A stretch of 64,000 nucleotides of DNA from an uncultured Clostridia bacterium (lineage in GTDB: Bacteria > Bacillota > Clostridia > Oscillospirales > Acutalibacteraceae): the NCBI GenBank assembly GCA_947623175.1, contig CANQGK010000003.1, positions 9,667 to 73,666 on the forward strand, in the 5' to 3' direction. Below are positions 58,534-64,000 of the stretch, piece after piece. The position numbers and the translations under genes are program-made. Positions within the stretch are counted from its first letter, which is position 1; each line of letters opens with the position of its first letter. Below the pieces are notes generated by a model, which was given only the letters and a program-made list of their open reading frames with translations, ran no database searches and had not been told where the DNA came from.

Positions 58534-59397
58534 TCACTTTCTCCGCCGCTTTTTAAGGATAACGACTACCGTAACGGCTACGAGCAAAAGGGGCAGAGCG
58601 ATTATAACCGCCCATAAAGCGATGGGCATCGGCGCCGGAATTTTCTCTATCGGTTCTTTTTTATCCGGCAGTCGTTCCGCAGGCGTTTCGATGCGAACGC
58701 CGGTCACGAGCAGTCTGTGAGAATTGATCCCGTAGGGCGTGCAGGTCATAAGGGTGCAAAGATCCCGCTCGGAGTCGATTTCCTGATTTTCGGCTTCCTC
58801 CGGCAAAACGACTGTCGTCGACTCGGTTTTGTAGGTCAGCACCTCGCCCAAAATATGCAGCTCGAAGGTGTCGCCGATTTTCAGTTGGTCGATGTTGCTG
58901 AAAAGCTTGGATGACGGAAGCCCCGTGTGCCCGGACAAGATCGTATGAGTTCCTATGCCGCCCACAGGCAATGAGGAGCCCTCGATGTGTCCTATTCCGG
59001 CTTGCAGGACGCTTTCCTCGGTGCCGTGATAGACCGGCAGGTAAATCCCCGCCTTTTTGATCTCGATATAGCCCATCATGCCGTTGCCGGTAGGATCCAG
59101 CAGAGACTCGTACTCCGAGCGCTGTTCGGCGCTTAATTCCCCTATTCGGGCGGAGTGCTTTAATAGCTCGGTATTATATTCGTGCGCCGCCGCAAGCATT
59201 TGACGACGCGCGGAATCGTCCAGCTTTTGCACCTCGCGCTGATAGTCCTCGATATTCTTTTTATAATCAAGTGAGTTGATATAATCCGCTGCCGTGGGAT
59301 ACAGCAGCAGGGAAAGTCCTATGAGCAGAACAAGCGTCACAATAACGGCGGAAATCAGACTGTGACTTTTTTGTTTTGACTTTTTCTCCCGTTTCAT
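58534..59397 (-). CDS. class C sortase (second copy)
   Basis: LSGHTG, TLMTCTPYGINSHRLLVTG and a C-terminal TM anchor. Start set at MKREKKSK; the tracked ORF extends to 59460. Confidence 0.9.
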   Translation of the reverse strand: MKREKKSKQKSHSLISAVIVTLVLLIGLSLLLYPTAADYINSLDYKKNIEDYQREVQKLDDSARRQMLAAAHEYNTELLKHSARIGELSAEQRSEYESLLDPTGNGMMGYIEIKKAGIYLPVYHGTEESVLQAGIGHIEGSSLPVGGIGTHTILSGHTGLPSSKLFSNIDQLKIGDTFELHILGEVLTYKTESTTVVLPEEAENQEIDSERDLCTLMTCTPYGINSHRLLVTGVRIETPAERLPDKKEPIEKIPAPMPIALWAVIIALPLLLVAVTVVVILKKRRRK

Positions 59398-59485
59398 AAG
59401 GCGCTCCCTGCCGCCGTATCCGGGAGGCTTTTTAATCGCTCTCACGGATACGACAGACAATATTAATGGTTTTTATGCGTTTTGT

Positions 59486-61669
59486 TTATGCGTTTTCTTC
59501 GGCTTTTCTGCGTTTTTTGGAAGCGATTACCAGATAGGTAACTGCGCCGGAGATCAACGCGATACCGAGAACGTAGAAGATCATCGTACCGATGCCGCCG
59601 GTGAAGGGCAGGAACGGTGCTTTGCGGTTCTGAAGTGTACCGGGAATCTGACCGTTTGACAAATCGACGCTTTCATTATTAAATGTGGCGTCTTTTCTGC
59701 CGGCGCCCTTAGTATCCGGAGTAAGCTTTGCGCTGAGCTTGGTGAGCTCCGGCTTTGGATCGGCGCCTTCTGCATTGGTCTGCGTGGTAGCTTCAATCGT
59801 AAATTCGATGTCGGCCATGGTATTGTAGCCTGCCGGGGTGATCGCCTCGGTCAAAGTGTAATTGCCGGCGTCAAGACCGCTTGTAACCGGGATTTTACCG
59901 TTCTCGCCGGATTCGAGCAGATAGGGCTTAAGCGCCTCTATTGCAGCATTAAGCGCTTTGCTTACCGTGGAGTCCGCTTTACCCTGATCCTCTTTGGATG
60001 CATTGTCAAAAGCTTTCTTTTTCGCAATATAGTTGTCGATCTTGCCCTTAACGTCATCCAATCCGGCTCCTGTTTCTTTGCTCTGCTCAATCCAACCTTT
60101 CAGGCGGCGACCGATAACCTCCTTCGGTTCGGCCTCCGGATCTTTATAGACATCTTCAAATTGAGCATAATAGGTTTTGTCATCGGCGCCCTTTTTGCTG
60201 AGTAAGAAGCCCGCACCTTCCAGAGCGCTCGCATGTGCTTCGTCGCTGCCGGTCTTGGTGAGATCGAGCGCGAAGGAATAAACGACAACTTCCTTTTCTT
60301 CGGTTGTACCTCTCGTACTGTGGTTCGGGTCGTTCGAGTATTCGAGATAGACGTCGTTCGGGTTGCCGGTCGAGCCGATTACCGCATTCTCATTTACGGT
60401 AACGCTATAGTCTACGGTAAACAGCACGTTGCCCTGATCGTAGGATTTTGCCGTGTCAAACGGAATGAGTTCAGATGTACCACCGCCGGATGTAAGCGTA
60501 CCCTTCAATTGTTTAAGATCGGTGAACTTGATGTCGATCAACGTCTTACCGATGTCGGTTTCGCTATATTTTCCTTCTGAAGTCGCGACATATTCCGCAG
60601 TCACCGGCGTAACAGTAACCTCATATCCCGTCAATTCTGCTGGATCAATCTTATAAGTAACTGTGGTATCTTCTGCCGTCTTCAAAGTAACGGTAACGGT
60701 CAAATTGGATGTATCTGCGTCATAAGTAAGGCCCTTGCTGAGGGTATCGTGGAAGAAATACTCATATTTGTCAAAATCGCCGTAGTTTTTCGGCAGGGTG
60801 CCGGTTATTCGGTAGTTTACGGTGTCGGTGATGCCTACCGAGTCGCCCTTGAGGAGAACGTCCGCACCTTCCGCATCTTTTCCTGCGACGATATTTTTAT
60901 CCACGGTCGGAACCGAGGCTTTAAGATTAATGGTCTGATCGCCCATAACTGCGAGGATGTACTCCGAAACGGCGTCGTCTTTATCATGTTTACCGTTTTC
61001 GACGATCAAGTAATAACCGGTGTCGGGAACCGTAATAGACGACTCGTCATCCGCGGGATCGTCCGCATCATAGCTGACGCTTGATTTTGTGCCGTCACCT
61101 ATGATAAATCCGCCATCCGACTTACCGCCTTCCTTATTGCCTTCCATTACAAAACGAGAAAATTCCTGCAAGAAAGAATTGGACAGACCTACGAGGAAGT
61201 TAGCCAGATCGGCGGCGGAGCTGAATGAATTGCCATCTTCGATATATTTCTGTATATAGCTTTCGCCTGAGGCGTCAAAGAATCTGGGCCAATCGTTTTT
61301 ATTAGCGGCTTTCAAACCTGCCATTAAATCGGCACCATTACTGATATTGGCGCCCCACTCAATGTTGGCAAGGTTGTAATTGTTCCAATTATGGGCATCC
61401 CATTCGTTCTCGGTTACATTGCCACCGGGGGTATTCTCAGTTTCCTTGTTGGGGGTTCCGGTAAATAGCTGGTATGCGGTGAATTGCTCTTTATCCATTC
61501 CCGGCAAGCCATCATTGTTCTTGATGGTAATTGTCAGGTTCGCTTGTTTGTCGGGATCCACTTTGGTACCCGTAGGCTCGGCGAACACGGGTAGGGCTGC
61601 GGCGAATACCAGCAGCAGTACCATGGCGAGACTTAAGAGTCTCGGCAAGATAGGTTTTCTTGTTTTCAT
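59486..61669 (-). CDS. LPXTG-anchored major pilin (backbone) candidate
   Basis: About 727 aa starting at MKTRKPILPRLLSLAMVLLLVFAAALPVFA (signal peptide). The C-terminus has LPFTGG, a hydrophobic helix and KKRRK. The tracked ORF extends to 61822. Confidence 0.8.
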   Translation of the reverse strand: MKTRKPILPRLLSLAMVLLLVFAAALPVFAEPTGTKVDPDKQANLTITIKNNDGLPGMDKEQFTAYQLFTGTPNKETENTPGGNVTENEWDAHNWNNYNLANIEWGANISNGADLMAGLKAANKNDWPRFFDASGESYIQKYIEDGNSFSSAADLANFLVGLSNSFLQEFSRFVMEGNKEGGKSDGGFIIGDGTKSSVSYDADDPADDESSITVPDTGYYLIVENGKHDKDDAVSEYILAVMGDQTINLKASVPTVDKNIVAGKDAEGADVLLKGDSVGITDTVNYRITGTLPKNYGDFDKYEYFFHDTLSKGLTYDADTSNLTVTVTLKTAEDTTVTYKIDPAELTGYEVTVTPVTAEYVATSEGKYSETDIGKTLIDIKFTDLKQLKGTLTSGGGTSELIPFDTAKSYDQGNVLFTVDYSVTVNENAVIGSTGNPNDVYLEYSNDPNHSTRGTTEEKEVVVYSFALDLTKTGSDEAHASALEGAGFLLSKKGADDKTYYAQFEDVYKDPEAEPKEVIGRRLKGWIEQSKETGAGLDDVKGKIDNYIAKKKAFDNASKEDQGKADSTVSKALNAAIEALKPYLLESGENGKIPVTSGLDAGNYTLTEAITPAGYNTMADIEFTIEATTQTNAEGADPKPELTKLSAKLTPDTKGAGRKDATFNNESVDLSNGQIPGTLQNRKAPFLPFTGGIGTMIFYVLGIALISGAVTYLVIASKKRRKAEENA

Positions 61670-61740
61670 TTTTTGTTTTTCCTCCTCGAAAATACTTTTT
61701 TGGTTTTGGGTTGCTGTGTTTTTACAGAAGCAGGTGGTTT

Positions 61741-64000
61741 TCACATTGATCTTCGCCTCCTCCCGTAAACAATCGCGGCGACAAGCGGCAAAGTAACCAG
61801 CAATACGCCGAGAATATACCATGGCGTCCAGCCGAGTCCGCCTACAAACGGCGGTATCAGCGTCGGAGCGTTGACGAACCGAATATAAACGTTATCGCTA
61901 TCCGGAACGGTTCCCGTAACGCTGCGCGTGTCACGGTCAAAGCGGACGAAAGAAGCCGAATCTTCGGAAATCAAATTTCCGCTTCCGTTCTCCGTGCGCT
62001 GGAGCCGGTAATCATCGTCGTAATCTTCCGAAACGGTATATTGCGTTCCGAGAGGTATTTTGGAAATGCTGATTTTTTCATTGTGATGCAGTGTAAATTC
62101 AGCCGTCCAGACTCCGCTCTCTACATTCCACGAAAGCTTTTCCTCCGTTACCGTTTCGTCGGGAGCAAACCGCTGTACGACAAGCTTTTCAGGAGTGGCT
62201 CCCGCGGCGGACGAAATCAGCTTTACCGTGAATTTAAAGACTTTATCGGGATCCGGATCGATATTTTCCACATACTTTTCGACGGTCAAAATACCGGCGG
62301 GTTTCGTGTTTTTAAACAACACCTTGTTCTCGGTGGTCTTCGTCCAATCGCCGCCAAACGCGGTTCGCGTTACGGTGTTTTTAACCGAATAGCTTTCGCC
62401 CTCGTCGATCGGGTAGTTCGGATGCTCCTGCTCGGTTACGGTGCAGACCGTATCAATCGGAAGCGAATAAAACACGATGCTTTCGTCGGCTTTCAACGTA
62501 AAGAGGTAGGTTTGCAGATTTTTCTCGGGTGAAAGCGTCGACAGCTTCTTAACGTCATCGGTATTAGGCAGGGGCGCTTTTGCCAATTCGGCGGTTTTGC
62601 CCTTCCAATAATATACCGGCGAGGTTAAATACCGCGCGGGCGTCGCGCCTTCTGCGGGAAGCAGGAAGGATACACGGAAGGTAAAGTCCTTATCCCGGTC
62701 TGCGTCGTTAATCTGCGTGCCGTTGACACCCGTAAGCTCCTTGGAAACAATCAGTACGTCGGGGATATAGGTATTGGTGTAATTTACCTGCTCCGTGAAG
62801 TAGCCCGTATTGCCGAACACGGAATAAACGTCGCTGTAATCATATTTGCCGCTTTCCGGATTTTCAGCCGTAAGTGTCGTACTGTGCTGCGTTTCACCTT
62901 CTACGCCGAAATGCGCCGTCGGGTTGAGAACGTAATGTGACATCCCGCTCTGTTCGCCCGTGTAGTGGGGATCGACCAGCTTACCGCCATAATAGAAGTA
63001 GTGGCGCGTCGAGCCGTCATCCTGTGCAAGATCGCACCCACCGGCGTCCAATTGTTTTAAACAGCTTGGGTTTTGCGCCACCTCTCCGGAAGCTTCCGGC
63101 TGGTGGTGGTTGCCTAAAGCGCCAGCCGCCATGGTGGCGTAAGATTCCCATATCGTGGCGTTGGTGTGGGCAAAGGGTTCCGATTTTCCATCAACCCGAA
63201 TCTCCTGCACACCCGGTTTATAGACTGTATCCGAGCCGCGCTGCTGAACATGACTGATTTCTTTCAAGAAATAGCTCTTTTTGATTTGTGTATCGCTCAG
63301 CTTTTCGGTAAAGCGGTAGGTAATACGGTTTCCAAGACCGGTCAGCATAAGCCCTTCGCCGTGCTTTAACGTAAATTCGGCAGTGTGGGCAGCTATGTAG
63401 TCGTTGTCAATTTTGAGCTTTTCTCCGTTTGCAAGCGTCAATTCTCCGGACGAATTTCCGAACAAATCCGGCCGGTCGGCGGAGGGGATGATTTTGTCGT
63501 ACAACCCGGTGCCTTTCAGCTCGTATCCTTGCAAATGCTTGCAATCTGCGAACGCACCGCCGTTCGAACATTCTTTCAAATGCTCCGCCAATTCGGCGGT
63601 ATAACCGAAATAGAGAGGCACGGTCATATACTGTGTGCGGCTTCTGTAAGGCGAGTAAACCGTGGAATCGATGCCCGCCGGGTCGGGAATGACGGTCACC
63701 AGCGTAAAATGCTGCTCTTTCAGATCTTTATAAGTGACGTTCAGTTTAGCGGAGTCATACGCCCAATCCTCGGCCGACGTGACCTCGCCAAACGGAATCA
63801 GCACAGCCTCTTTCGTCCAATATTCCCGGCTGCCGGCGCGACGGTTGTCCATTTCATCCGGTTTACCCGTAATAGCCGGAGCAAACTGTTGCCCGCCGTT
63901 ATCGCCAGCGGGCAAATCGCTTGTGTCCATCTCCGTGGGATAATATGCCGTGGTGCCCACGCCGCTAAGCTCTGTCGTGCCTTTTTCATAAGTGGAAGCA
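61741..64000 (-). CDS. large pilus-associated surface protein (tip adhesin candidate), 5' end outside the window
   Basis: The frame stays open to the window edge (upstream residues ...ASTYEKGTTELSG). Its Thr/Val-rich beta-type sequence resembles Cna-B/isopeptide domains. The C-terminal hydrophobic helix and RRRR tail are preceded by IPPFVGG instead of LPXTG. Confidence 0.75.
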   Translation of the reverse strand, partial: ASTYEKGTTELSGVGTTAYYPTEMDTSDLPAGDNGGQQFAPAITGKPDEMDNRRAGSREYWTKEAVLIPFGEVTSAEDWAYDSAKLNVTYKDLKEQHFTLVTVIPDPAGIDSTVYSPYRSRTQYMTVPLYFGYTAELAEHLKECSNGGAFADCKHLQGYELKGTGLYDKIIPSADRPDLFGNSSGELTLANGEKLKIDNDYIAAHTAEFTLKHGEGLMLTGLGNRITYRFTEKLSDTQIKKSYFLKEISHVQQRGSDTVYKPGVQEIRVDGKSEPFAHTNATIWESYATMAAGALGNHHQPEASGEVAQNPSCLKQLDAGGCDLAQDDGSTRHYFYYGGKLVDPHYTGEQSGMSHYVLNPTAHFGVEGETQHSTTLTAENPESGKYDYSDVYSVFGNTGYFTEQVNYTNTYIPDVLIVSKELTGVNGTQINDADRDKDFTFRVSFLLPAEGATPARYLTSPVYYWKGKTAELAKAPLPNTDDVKKLSTLSPEKNLQTYLFTLKADESIVFYSLPIDTVCTVTEQEHPNYPIDEGESYSVKNTVTRTAFGGDWTKTTENKVLFKNTKPAGILTVEKYVENIDPDPDKVFKFTVKLISSAAGATPEKLVVQRFAPDETVTEEKLSWNVESGVWTAEFTLHHNEKISISKIPLGTQYTVSEDYDDDYRLQRTENGSGNLISEDSASFVRFDRDTRSVTGTVPDSDNVYIRFVNAPTLIPPFVGGLGWTPWYILGVLLVTLPLVAAIVYGRRRRSM

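Overview
This 64-kb window looks like a chromosomal segment from a spore-forming Firmicute, probably Clostridia-like. Supporting signs are GGAGG-type ribosome-binding sites, a CotF-type spore-coat gene, a V-type ATPase operon in the ntpFIKECGABD order, der-plsY-gpsA and yceD-rpmF synteny, and a sortase-dependent pilus locus. Most of the window is ordinary housekeeping and metabolic content, largely on the minus strand:

- An amino-sugar cluster (ABC permease, nagA, nagB-like, DUF4091).
- A glycyl-radical enzyme, its activase and a Zn-alcohol dehydrogenase, flanked by two AraC regulators.
- Phosphohexomutase and rpe, then the V-ATPase operon.
- murF-like, ddl and a CDF transporter.
- veg, dCMP deaminase, rpmB, gpsA, plsY, der, a DUF512 protein, rpmF and yceD.
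- A sugar kinase and transporters.
- A small sigma factor, M23 peptidase and holin cassette, followed by an LCP protein.
- A Gfo/Idh/MocA plus TIM-barrel sugar cluster in which one gene is frameshifted.
- A pilus locus (tip protein, major pilin, two class C sortases, minor pilin, extra sortase).

The stand-out region is an AT-richer accessory island at about 10.7-18.4 kb, abutting tRNA-Tyr and tRNA-Thr. It holds a tightly coupled four-gene operon: an SPFH/band-7 protein with three zinc ribbons, a 4-TM coiled-coil protein, an HTH-like protein, and a zinc-ribbon-TPR-TIR protein. The only upstream DNA of this operon is a ~136-bp segment bracketed by two 26-bp hix-like inverted sites. That segment carries a near-consensus extended -10 promoter and lies directly next to a small serine invertase gene. 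I read this as a phase-variable (inverton-controlled) and apparently undescribed TIR-containing candidate defence system, captured here in the promoter-OFF orientation. The island also carries rubrerythrin and a decayed IS1182-family element. That element inserted into the tRNA terminator hairpin and itself contains a nested 24-bp-inverted-repeat element. No rRNA genes and no CRISPR arrays were seen.
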